DNA of 64,000 nt, from the NCBI GenBank assembly GCA_040954595.2, contig CM082577.2, positions 4,526,305 through 4,590,304 on the forward strand, in the 5' to 3' direction. This DNA comes from Balanoglossus misakiensis. Taxonomy: Eukaryota; Animalia; Hemichordata. Each line of letters opens with the position of its first letter. Within the stretch, counting starts at the first letter, position 1. The notes below the pieces were generated by a model that worked only from the letters and a program-made list of their open reading frames with translations, was not told the origin of the DNA and made no database searches. Positions 37,463 to 49,146 of this stretch are shown piece after piece. A program made the translations under genes and the position numbers.

Positions 37463-39341
37463 ATGGGTAACCTTTTTGGCAAAAAGAAGCAGTCGAGAGT
37501 TACTGAGCAAGACAAAGCTGTACTTGTAAGTATATTGTGAACGGAGACATATTCTGCCCATTCCTGTACCATTGCCTTGGATCTTGTACAAGTTACTTTC
37601 GATGTGAAAGCTACTCATGCACAACATGATTAATTTTCTCGAGATCAAAGTTCTTTTCCCCTCACAGACCACGAGTACCTGTGCATCACTATTGATCGTT
37701 ACCACCAGAAACTAATAAAAAGATACCCCAAAGATACGTTGTGATTTGATTTGTTTGTTTGCAGCAACTGAAACAACAAAGGGACCAATTGAAACAGTAC
37801 CAGAAGAAGATCAATTTGCAGTTGGCAAAGGAGAGGGAAATAGCCAAGAAGTTATTAAAAGATGGCAAGAAAGAGTAAGTTGAACTTTGACACTACTTTG
37901 AAACTCTTTCTCCTCAAACAGGCAACAACGCACAAATACTATGGACCCTTGGTGAGTCAGCCTTGACAAGTTGTGGAGTTGGCTAATTCACAGGTTACGT
38001 TATGGCTCCCACTATAGTCAAACATAGTTGTAAGGCCCTGTTATTGAGGCACACCCTCGATGGGTTATGGCTATGGCTGTTTTCAGTGGAAAATATTTTT
38101 TACATGTTATACATTCTGATATGTATGCATGCTTGGGATGAGAACCGAGCGTCAAGCCATAGTATAATGATGAGACTGTACTCCACAGAAAAGCCAAATT
38201 ACTGGTGAAGAAGAAACGCTTCCAGGAGCAATTACTGGAGAAAACTGACAAACAGCTAGACAACCTGGACATGATGGTGAACGACATTGAGTTTGCTCAG
38301 GTTGAAATGAAGGTCGTCGAGGGGCTTAAAGTGGGCAATGAATGCCTCAAGAAAATGCACCAGGTAATCTTGGCTTTGGGATTTATGTGGTTGATATGGT
38401 TCTGTGGGGGATTTCTTTGTGACTCAGTCAAAATGAAAAGATCTTCATACTTGTTTATGCTGGGTATTGTTTTCGTGTGAGAGACTATGGAAAACATACC
38501 CCACAGGGACACTAATTGTAACTTAGCACGAATGTCACTTAATTTTTTCAGATGATGTCGATAGAAGATGTGGAGAGGATAATGGAGGAGACTCAGGAAG
38601 GAATTGAATATCAGAATGTAAGTAAATAATGCCATCGTCGTCTCAAGGCACTGTCGGTGAATGTGATCATTTTTTCATGTTCCCTTCCCATGAAATGTGT
38701 TCAGAGAAACAGTCATTGTACCTGAAGAAGTTAATCCAGTGAGCTTGTTGAGTTTTGCAGGCAGTACAACATTGTAGAAAATGTTCTGTTTGAGTAAACT
38801 TCATATTTGAACATAAAATTATTCACTACTTCATCTCAATAAAAAATTATGACAATTAAATCATGTTTGGATCAATTTTAATTCACTTTGACAGGAAATC
38901 GACGAACTCTTGGCCGGTAGTCTGACACAGGAGGATGAGGATGCAGTCCTTGCAGAACTGGAGGCAATCACGCAACAAACAGAGGAAGAAGCAATTCAGC
39001 TGCCCGATGTTCCAGAAGATCAACTTCCTGAAATCGAAGGTGAGCTTTACCGTCAGTGTCACTGTGGTATTAGGTTAGTTTGGGAAAGTTGGGGGCACAC
39101 TGTGCCCATCACATACCATCAGTAAATAGGCTGGCAGTCAGCAGATGTTTACAAGCTGTGGGTCCAGTCATGCCTTTCTACAAGCAGAATCACGCAAAAA
39201 TGTTAAATCCTAACAGTAAAAGAATGAAAAGGTGGGCCTATCTGCTGTTGAAAAGCCACTAAATGTGATTTTTCTTATATTTCAGCAGAGAAGAGAGCGA
39301 GAGAGAAGGAGAGGCAGAAAGAAATGGTCATGGCATCTTGA
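37463..39341 (+). CDS. CHMP6: Charged multivesicular body protein 6 / Vps20 (ESCRT-III, Snf7 family)
   Basis: Exons 37463-37525, 37765-37874, 38189-38363, 38552-38617, 38895-39039, 39286-39341. Myristoylation-type start MGNLFGKKKQSRVTEQDKAVLQLKQQRD, EGLKVGNECLKKMHQ, MIM2-like LPDVPEDQLP. A probable non-coding 5' exon ends at 36795 and splices to 37409. Confidence 0.95.
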
Positions 39342-40507
39342 AGTGTCTTTTTCATGTAGACTTAGCAACCCGATTATTACATTAGACAGCAAGCACGACT
39401 TTCACTCCATTCTCATCTGGTCTGCAGTTGCCCATGTACCACTCTGCCAGGAAGGATGGATCCAGCATAAGATATTTCTTGGCTGTCCAATCCAAGCCTT
39501 GTAGGAGTCACAGCCAAGTGCCAGGACTAGAATGGATGTGAACAATGGAAATGTAGATTAGCTGAAATAACTATTAGTACAGAAGCCTCAAATTTTTATA
39601 ACTTTCGAAATAGAATGAGAGAAATACCCTTTTAAATACTTGACTTACTGCCTTTGAAGGTGATATATGGGGGTTGCAAATCAATCCGAACTTGCACTTG
39701 TCAAAGGAAAATGTCACAATTTTTTTTTTCTGTTTAATATCAGCAAGACTGGGAGGACCAATGGACAAAACAATTTTGGTAGGCATTGACAAAGCTCAAG
39801 TGTTGTAAATATGTAAGGTATGATTTAGTTTTAATGATTAGTTCAATGCTTAAAAGAAGTTTGTATGCACATTAAAGTCTTTTTACTGTTATTTATGTTG
39901 GCACACTATGCAGAGAGCTGCTTATTACTCCAACTAGTCTGTCTCTGTGAAAGTTATTAGGCACTCTTGGACAAGAACTCCAGTTTTTACATATTTGAGT
40001 TCTAAATCATTTGAAAACTCTAGTTGGCGACTTTTGTCCCTTTAATGATCACACTAACTCTGATTGTATATCTGTATTTATTACCATAAATCATCATGCA
40101 TTCTATGAAAAATCATGATTAAATAAAATGAACTGAATAAATGCATTTTCTACCGGTCTGCTAAAAGAATATCTTGTCATATTTGCCAACCCCGCATACT
40201 TTTGGGTAGTTCTCCCATGGCACCCCTGCTCAATATCCAGACAAGAGGGGTTATCAGTGGAAAACGCTAGTTTATTTATTTACCCCTTCCACCCCCATTT
40301 CTGTGTGTATGGGTTTATGGCAACTTTTGGCAGTGAATTCAGCCAATCAGCAGTCTGCTTCTGGGAGGTACGCATCATTTGTGTCACATGATGCATTTCA
40401 GTTTGTGCCTTGAGATTCAACAAGACAAGTATGTCTTGATGGCAGTAGTCCAGACACATGTTCCTTGTCCTGTCTTATTCCTCTCTTGCTAATATTCACA
40501 AGTCTGC

Positions 40508-42375
40508 TCACTTTTCCTCTTTTACTGCTGTCGAATCTTTCTTGGTTTTTGGTCGGACGTTGGTTCTCCCCACTGGGCAGATGCTCTGATTGAGACAGGA
40601 GTGACACTTTGGAGCCACGGGAGAACAGATCTGTTGTCCAAATCCAACAAGTAACCAGTTGATTTCCTTCCAATATTCTCTGCAGCCAGAAAAAAAAAGT
40701 CGAAAATGTATACGGATGTTTCCATCATTTCTGATTGGAGAGAGAAGTAGTCAATCCTGCATTCATGAAAACAATAAAGTCCTGTATAAAACAAAAATTC
40801 AGTGGTCAATTGTAATGGGAGAACATAAGAACAGTTTGTCCAACATGTCACCTTGGTAACCAATCTTCTAAGGCCTTTCTGGTATCTTCCGGCTGATTGG
40901 TTGTCTTCTTCACCCACTTCAATCTGTTGCTGATTCTGTGTACATGCGTATCCACGCCAATTCCTGATAACTTATCCCAGGCAATAGTCATACACAAATA
41001 CGCCATTTTGGGTCCCACTCCAGGAAGCTGACATAAGCCCTCCACTGTGTTTGGAATGTCATTGTCATATTTTTCTGCCAGAATTTGGCTGGTCTTCTTG
41101 ATGTAGTCAACTTTCCTCTGGAAATAAAGGTGAATGTGCAATGGGTGAGTCGATCATCACACAAAATTTTGCAGTGCAATGTGTACAGAATTATTAAAGA
41201 AATCTCTTAAATTTAACAGAATGTCTTCATTTTGGATGAAGAAACTTAAAAAACACTTGTACTTACATCATATAATACACATGCAGAAAATCAGGTGATG
41301 ATTATATTACTTAAGATGTGTGACGTGTATGTGTGTGTAACATGTGTAAATGTATGTGGGTGTCCAAGTTGCAAAACTAAAATAAAAGAGATGGTGCCAA
41401 CATTCAACAAACATTACCTTCCAGAAACCAACAGGATAGATCAATTCCCCAAGTGTTTTATCATCGGTTTTCAGAATATTCTCAACAGTACATCCGTGAG
41501 CTTTCAACTTATCCATGGCTGCCGCCGTGACTTGATCTTTAGTTTGACTGGACAACATGAGAGACAGCAATGTCTGGTACCTATACACCTGAGAGAACAA
41601 GGGAATTTATAGTAAATTGATTGAGTATGAAACAATTATGTTTTTAAAAGTCAACAACCACCTGGATTGATAGTTGTCAGTAAACACTGGCCAGGCAGAC
41701 CCTGCAGCCATATATGTACACTACTTATTAAGAGACGAACTTTCAAATGACGGATGACAGATTTTTTTAATAATATGAGTAAAATGCAACCTTAGAAGTG
41801 GGAGAACTTTAAACTGGTGGTATATATGATGCATGCGTTTGGGCCAAGGATTCTTATCTATCATATACAACCAACATTAGCAATTGACATTGTTTTCAGT
41901 TTACCGGAGGTGAGGCTGCCACATCCGCAATTCTTTCACAACCCATACTGTCAACAGGGGCATCATGGTGCTTCCTCATCTCTCGTATGTTTGCTAGTTG
42001 TTCCCTCCAATGTGGTGGCTCCCATTTCGGTGGTCCCGCTCGAGATCCACTGGAGCTGTCATCCATTGGTTCTGTTTTAACGGTTTTTGCTGTTTGTCCC
42101 TTTCTAGTCATTTTCACTGGCTTTTCGTCAGCCTGGATTTCCTTTGTGTCGTACTCTATCTTGATATGGTTCCTTTTGGAAGGAGATGTTTTTGTCCTCT
42201 GTGGCTGGTCATCACTTGAGTTAGTTGTGTGTGTCAATGTTCCCAAACGTTTTGGATGATTCGACTTATCTGCACTCTTCGTCTTCAGGTGTGACATGGA
42301 CCTTGTACATCTTTGTGTGTTGCTGAAATACTTTGATGTACTCATGATTCTCATGCAGTTGCTGCTGAACTGCAT
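40508..42375 (-). CDS. NTHL1: Endonuclease III-like DNA glycosylase/AP lyase
   Basis: Coding exons 42375-41905, 41588-41418, 41117-40852, 40679-40508. Motifs [21 protein letters not shown], Hh[25 protein letters not shown], and 4Fe-4S C-X6-C-X2-C-X5-C ([17 protein letters not shown]). Start codon uncertain (42375, 42354 or 42345). Confidence 0.95.
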
Positions 42376-42729
42376 GTGCCCATCTGAAAGTGTACTAAGA
42401 TCAGGAAAAAAAGGAGTGACAGACTGACAGTATTAATTGATCATTGATGAGTAAACAGTGCATGGGTGACTGGTATTAATGCTTACACATTCTCAAAATC
42501 TATGAGCTCGCCTTCATCAAGATTTAAAAAGGATTAAACGTGTCTCAATTCAGAAATGAAGCAGATCCTCCGTTTGCTATATCATGGAGAAACTGCCCAC
42601 CACTCTAACCCCCCCCCCCCCCCTCACCCCACCACTGTTGTGAGTGGGACATGTGACACTATGTTTACCCATGTATTTTACGTTTATCTTGCCTAGTTAT
42701 GTTGCTATATATAAAACTAACGACAAACC

Positions 42730-43237
42730 TGCTGAATTATCCTTCGTTCGCTACCGGCGAATGGACCTTTAATTTAGCCCTCCTTCGATGAAATTGAAAT
42801 GCCCCTCGTGCAAATTGTGTATGTTTACTGCCCTCTACGATTGAACAGTCGCCACCAAAGACACGTGACATGGATCTTTCTAAACGTGTGTTACCCGATG
42901 TGAGATAGTGGTGGAGTTGTGTTGCTTCGTGTCAAAATTTCTGTTATATGAGCTAGCTGGAAGTTGAATCGCAGCAACCGTATTTGCATGCGCACTGTTT
43001 ATTGACAGTGACAAAATTTTGCATCCAGTAAAAAGAAACTAATCGATCGGCTGACATTCGCAACAAGCACACCACTGCAGTAGTTTGGCTCGCAAGCAAC
43101 ACTTTGCCGCCATTTTGGTAAATCACATTTCGGTCTTGTTGTTATGATCAAGCACACCATCCGGGTTGATGAACAGTAAAGTCGGCCTTCCACGGGTAAA
43201 CCGAGAGCTTGGATTTGCCACGCGAACATCGGGAGCC
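42730..43237. promoter_or_regulatory. Putative bidirectional promoter, NTHL1 / PRPSAP
   Basis: CpG-containing interval between divergent genes; E-box CACGTGAC 42862-42869; YY1-type CCGCCATTTT 43107-43116. Confidence 0.6.
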
Positions 43238-46200
43238 ATGAACACCGCACCGAAGGGTGCGATGGTAGTTTTTACCACCAATTCTCACCCTGAATTGGCC
43301 CAGCTCGTCACAAGGTGTGTGGACTGACCGTGTTTGTTCATATATACACTCAGGCCTTTAGCCTACAATTATTTTAACAAAGCGTGTTCACCGAGAGCCA
43401 TTTCCACTGTTCACTTCCAGTATTTCTTAGATACTTGTCTGTGGTATCACTATCTTTAAACGGAAAAAGTAGTTTACTCTGTAGGAAAATGGCTATGTTA
43501 CTTCTTAGTTCTAGAAGAGACTGTTGGGAAACTAGCAAGCTTCTTTTGTTGGATGCCTTTCTAGGTAAACATTGAGAATAAAGGATTGTTATCGGGTGCT
43601 AATGAACCTGACCGTAAGAATAAACAAAACTGGACCTAACAATGGAGTTTCCCAACATTCTCTTCTACTTGTAACTGTGATCATAGACCCTAGAGAATGA
43701 TGTATCATATGGTAAAGAAATGTCAGAAAATGTGTGACTTATCAATAAAAAAATACAGTAATCTGAAAGGCAAACTAAGTCAGACTCACAGCTACTAAGG
43801 AACGCCATGCAGATAACAAAGATAAATTCCAAATAGTTACTGAATAACCTGAAGGAAGAAAAAAGAATAATTTGAAGGATGTAAAGAAGTTCTATTCCAT
43901 CCAATTTGTTTTATGACCGTCTTCGGATTTTTTTTATTTTACAGTCGGCTTGGTATTCAGGCAGGGTTATGCACAGTTTATCTTCAGGATAACAAAGGTA
44001 AATTCAAACATTAATCAAAATCTCCACAGAAGGTGGATACAGCCCTTTGGATAGTGTGGTGTCAGTTGTGTCAATGTGTATGTATGTCTATAAAGTGTTC
44101 ATAGTTACATGGTTTCAAATTCTGACTTGTGGTCAAATCTCAAATTGAACCATGTTCACTGCCTTCTGTGGGTGTGATTTGTCATATATAGCAGTATTAC
44201 AGTAACTGCTATCATAGTTTGTTGGTAACGCATGGATAACATTAGATGACATTGCATTCCAAAATTCATTTTTTTTTGCAGAAACATATGTACAGCTGGG
44301 TGAATCAGTACGAGGCAAAGATGTCTTTGTCATTGGAACTGGTACAAAGTAAGTTGACACGACAAGGGTTCCCCACTCACTTGAACAGTGTTTGTTCCCC
44401 ATGTTAGCAGAAGTGATACCGGGGTTCCCAAATCATTTACCACTGTTTCCCAACCTAAGCAAAAACACTGACATTTTCAATATTATTTCTCAATTTTTGG
44501 CTTTCACAATAAATTTATTTAAAAAGACACCTGTTGCCACACAATGATGGTAGGTAAAATTATTCACACAACCCTATGTCCTGATACGAGAGGTCGCTTC
44601 ACAGGCCACAACATATTTTACAACTTAGGGAGAAGGATTTAATTGATCAATCATTAAAAGTATATTTTCTCCCTGTTTTTTTTATCATCAGAAATGTGAA
44701 TAATTCCATCATGGAAGTGTTGATCACTGCGTACTGTGCCAAGACCTCGTGCTCAAAACGTGTGGTTGGTGTCATTCCGTATCTACCCTACAGCAAACAG
44801 AGTCAGATGAGGAAGAGAGGCTCGATCGTGTCCAAGTTGCTGGCACAGATGATGTGCAGAGCAGGTACTGTATCAGGACTTGTAATCATCATAGTCCAGT
44901 GGCTGGAGTGGTGGACTCATGGTCAGGGGATTGTGGCTTCGAGCCCCAGCATGACTGGTGTTGTGTCCTTGAGCAAGGCACTTTACTTCTCATTGCTTCT
45001 CCCCACCCAGGAGTAATGGGTACCTAGTAGGACAGAGACTGCAATGTGTGTGTTTAGCTCTGCTGCGCTGATTACGTGAGCTGTTGTTTGCTCCCCAGGA
45101 AGATGAATGGAATACTTGTCCATTGAAAGGGACTTTGTCAAGTCATGCAGTGTACTCCCCGGAACTCCATTATCATGATGATTGTGATGTTACATGTATG
45201 CAGTTAGCCAACAATGTATCAGATATACAGGGAGGGCCCACTGTTGTTCATTGTATAACATTGGCATTGTTTATTATTTTTTTATTTTGTAGGCCTTGAT
45301 CATGTAATTACTATGGATCTCCATCATAAAGAAATACAGGGATTTTTCGATGTTCCAGTAGATAATCTTAGAGCGTCACCATTTATTTTACAATACATTC
45401 AGGAAAATGTGAGTGGATTTTTTTAGCAGTGTTGGGTTTGTGAGAGTCTGTCTGTGTACCACCTTGTAATTGTTTTGCCTACTACAGCTAACTTTTACCA
45501 CACACTCATGTAGCATAGTTGGGCAAATAAGTCTCCAGAGTTGAAAAGCTGAGAAGTATGTTTTGCATTTTGACGCAGATCCCGGACTACAGAAACGCTG
45601 TCATAGTTGCCAGGAACCCGGGGTCGGCCAAGAGGGCCACGTCGTTTGCAGAAAGACTTCGCCTGGCCCTGGCGGTGATACACGGCGAACAGAAAATAGC
45701 CGAGTCCGACGTGGTGGACGGACGACACTCTCCGCCCACCGTCTCGCCTTACAGAGTCACTGGTACCGGATTGGAAACTGTGCCGTGTAAGTGATTGATC
45801 ACAAGGGAAAATTATGTGTGGTGGGATTTGCAGAATACAGTACAGTCTGCAGAAGTGACTGAAAATGAAATGTCTCTGAACGTATATCACCTTGAGTTTT
45901 GACTTACAATATTATTTTTAAGTTCAACGAGATGTGTAAATTATGGGAATGTTAAGTGTTGCTAATTTTGTGCCTTGCAGTGTTGACACCGAAGGAAAAA
46001 CCGCCAATCAATGTGGTCGGCGATGTTGGAGGAAGAATAGCTATCATTGTGGTAAGATTCATGCGTTTGCGTGTGATTTCGCTACAGGGTTTTTGTAGCC
46101 GAGTGTACTGTGATCGGGTCAAAGGTTAATTAACATCATTGTGACATCACAACTTTCACCTTAGAAATTATTAGAACTGCATGTGTGAGAGACATCTTTG

Positions 46201-47505
46201 GAGTGGAGCATGAGTTAATCACTTTCTAACTTTCATTTTTTTCCCCTGGATGTTTGCATGCTAACAGGATGATATGATAGACGACGTGGAGTCCTTTGTC
46301 ACCGCTGCGGAGATCCTGAAAGAGAGGGGCGCGTACAAGATCTATGCAATGGCGACGCACGGTCTGCTGTCGTCAGACGCTCCCAAACGGATCGAAGAGT
46401 CTGCCCTCGATGAGGTAGGTCAATTTGTATTTTTTCAAAATAAAGCTTGGGGGTATATATAGCATTAACCATTTCCGAACTTAGCTAACGCAACCCAGTA
46501 GCATTTAGAGCCAATCCTTTATTCATGGCATTTAGTGTAATTTGCATTTAGAGGTTACAGGTTAATTATATGCATGGGTTCTTTCTTGGCAACATGATAT
46601 AGCAAGTCATATAATCCAGTTCCTTACTAATATAAAAAAAATACCATATTTGACGAAGTACAAGGCCGTGTCAGATATATTGTCACTAAAAGTTTTTGAT
46701 CTCTCCCATTCTTTTAAAGGGGCATTTGTTATGCACAAATGACCCTTTGTTTACCGTAACATTCTGTGTGCCAACAAAAGGCCTTTCGTTTATATCTGTA
46801 GAAATGCCCATGTTAACTGATGTGGACCTTTAAGCTAAACTTGCGGCAAGTTTATGCAAATTTATTCACATCAGGTAATTTAGGGCGTATAAGTGTTGTA
46901 CTTGGTCGAATGTGTTAGTTGCACTTCCATCACACGTATAGAACTTTTAATAGTAGTGCACCCTTTGAGGTGAGAAGAATTTGTTCATGAACGTCACCAG
47001 AAATGTTTGAATGTTGATTTTTTCCGTTTTCGACCTATCATGTTCATTTGTTTCTTTGTGGACTTAGGTTGTTGTGACTAACTCTGTACCGCATGACCTG
47101 CAGAAACTGCAGTGTAGAAAAATCCAGACAATCGACGTAAGTCCAATAATTGCCGAGGCCATACGCCGCATCCATCATGGGGAGAGTATGTCATACCTCT
47201 TCAGAAATATCTCATCCGATGACTAACAGGCATCTGGCTGGGGTACCCTCTGTATCCTCTCATATATATTCCTCCTCCTCCTCACTTGTTAATACAAACA
47301 AAACTGTGTGTGACACTCTAGGTTTTTCTTATGTCTGATGTTTCAGGTTGTGGTGACAAACACTGTCCCACATGAACTCCAGAAACTGCAATGTAATAAA
47401 ATCCAGACCATTGACATCAGCATAATTTTGTCGGAAGCCATCAGACGCATCCACTTTGGGGAGTCCATGTCCTACCTCTTCAGAAATATTACCTCGGAAG
47501 ATTAG
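43238..47505 (+). CDS. PRPSAP: Phosphoribosyl pyrophosphate synthase-associated protein (PRPSAP1/2 family, non-catalytic PRPS homologue) with two alternative last exons
   Basis: Exons 43238-43314, 43945-43997, 44282-44348, 44692-44864, 45293-45408, 45579-45786, 45981-46051, 46268-46414, then 47068-47226 or 47347-47505. PRPSAP-type features: [35 protein letters not shown] instead of the PRPS SPDAGG, IHGEQ instead of IHKER, and the DGRHSPP insertion. Confidence 0.93.
44892..45110 (+). mobile_element. tRNA-derived SINE with CORE-like domain, in PRPSAP intron 4
   Basis: A-box-like TAGTCCAGTGG and B-box-like GGCTTCGAGCCC, followed by GTGTTGTGTCCTTGAGCAAGGCACTTTAC...CCACCCAGGAGTAATGGGTACC, which resembles the CORE-SINE central domain. 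Confidence 0.7.
47068..47226 (+). CDS. PRPSAP alternative terminal exon 9a
   Basis: TAG acceptor, phase 0, [52 protein letters not shown]. Intact 159-nt paralogue of exon 9b (47347-47505). Confidence 0.88.
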   Translation, partial: VVVTNSVPHDLQKLQCRKIQTIDVSPIIAEAIRRIHHGESMSYLFRNISSDD

Positions 47506-49146
47506 AGCTCCCTCCTCCTCCTACTCCATCCCCCTGTTTGCCACACAGGGTCCGCTGGCAGTCGTTGTTGCCAGGCGACCACTGTGGGTCCGACACAGGT
47601 GGGGGGACAAAGTCCTGCACTTTTCCTGGATATAAGCACTGCCTCCTTTTTGTACAGGCAAGCACACGACATGACGTGAGCTCAAGAGTTTGGCAGGGGA
47701 CTGCTTGTGAGTAGTAGAAACCCCTCCCCCACACAACCACCAGGACAGTTGACATATGGAAACCTACATGCTACTTCAATCTTATTATATAGCCATCAAT
47801 CCAACGTAACTTTTCTTATCTTTCCACCTGGTAAATCTTGATTTCAACCAAGTATTCAGCTAACTAATACATTCTGCAATTTTCAATATTTCTCTGACAT
47901 AGCTCTAGTCAATGTGTGTGAACAGCTATCCCTGTTTTCAGATTAACATGGTCTATTTTCTTTTAAATTTCCATATGGACTTTATTTTCTCATTTACTTC
48001 AACCAGTTTCATTGTGCATGCAAATATGATAGCCTTGAGATGCTGCTGTAAAAAATTTGCCACTATTTTTGTAGCCATGTAATTTTTGACATTGTGCCAA
48101 TTGTATTCTTCCTTTCGTTGTGGTGCCGTCAACCATTGTTGATTTTGTTTTGAGACCATGTAACTTATGTACCTGCATTTTGAGTTGCACATATTTTTGA
48201 GTAGTGTAATATTTTGCCATATGTTTGTGGGCTGGTTGTCATGATTAAAAAAATATACCAAGCTGCAAAATTGGTCCATTGTATTTTTTTTTACATAGCA
48301 CTATAAAGGTAGTGTGAAGAAAGTAATATTGTACCGATATAAAATAATTCCAAATGTGTGTGTGTGTGTGTTCACATAGATTTTTATCCTTTATCAGTCA
48401 GACTTGATCTGCCGAGAAATCAAAGTCTGGCAAAAAAACGGCAGTCTTAGTCATACAAGATTACCATTCATTTATTAGGAAAACCATGTATTTCAATTCT
48501 GTGCACACAGTCCTTTAAAAACAAATAGCCAGCAACAAATAAGGTATAGGCAGTTAGAAGTGCAGACCAACTTCGCAGCCAAAAAAGGCCCATTTGCGCT
48601 CTCCTCAACTGCAGCCTGTATGGCATACAGTGAACAAAGTATTTTTCATCATACCACTAATTAGTAAGTTAGAGTTAGTACATTCTCATTTTGATTGGTT
48701 CTGTAATGAACAAGTTATCAAAATAATATTTTGCAAGAAAGAATTCTAATAATGATTAAAGATATTTGTACTCGTTGGATTTACTGGGCAGTATTCAGAA
48801 TTCTGCTGAACTTCTATATTCATGATCCAGGGACTTAAGCTGAGCTCAAAACAAGATGGCAACATTCAAATTTACGCGATGGAATTAAGATACGAAAGCC
48901 ACAGAGGAGTAGGAGAGAATTCCTTTGGGGGTTGTAAACAAACTGCAAAAGTAGGCAGTTTTTGTCGGCTACCAGCTCTGTAGTGTCACCACGTACATTT
49001 TGTATTTGTGCGCCTTTAAGCTATAACTCCTGGGGAAATGAACATTTGAGGGGAAAAATACTGCTTGTATCATAACCTGGGTAAGTGACATGATCTGGCT
49101 GCTTCTGACTGCATAAACCTGCAATAAATATTTTTAATGAACTGTA

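Noticed and set aside
18603-42622. Poly-C/poly-G runs (about 18603, 19923, 28144, 30057, 33908, 36367, 42609) as functional G-quadruplexes
   Set aside because: Simple homopolymer tracts with no positional pattern or other support.
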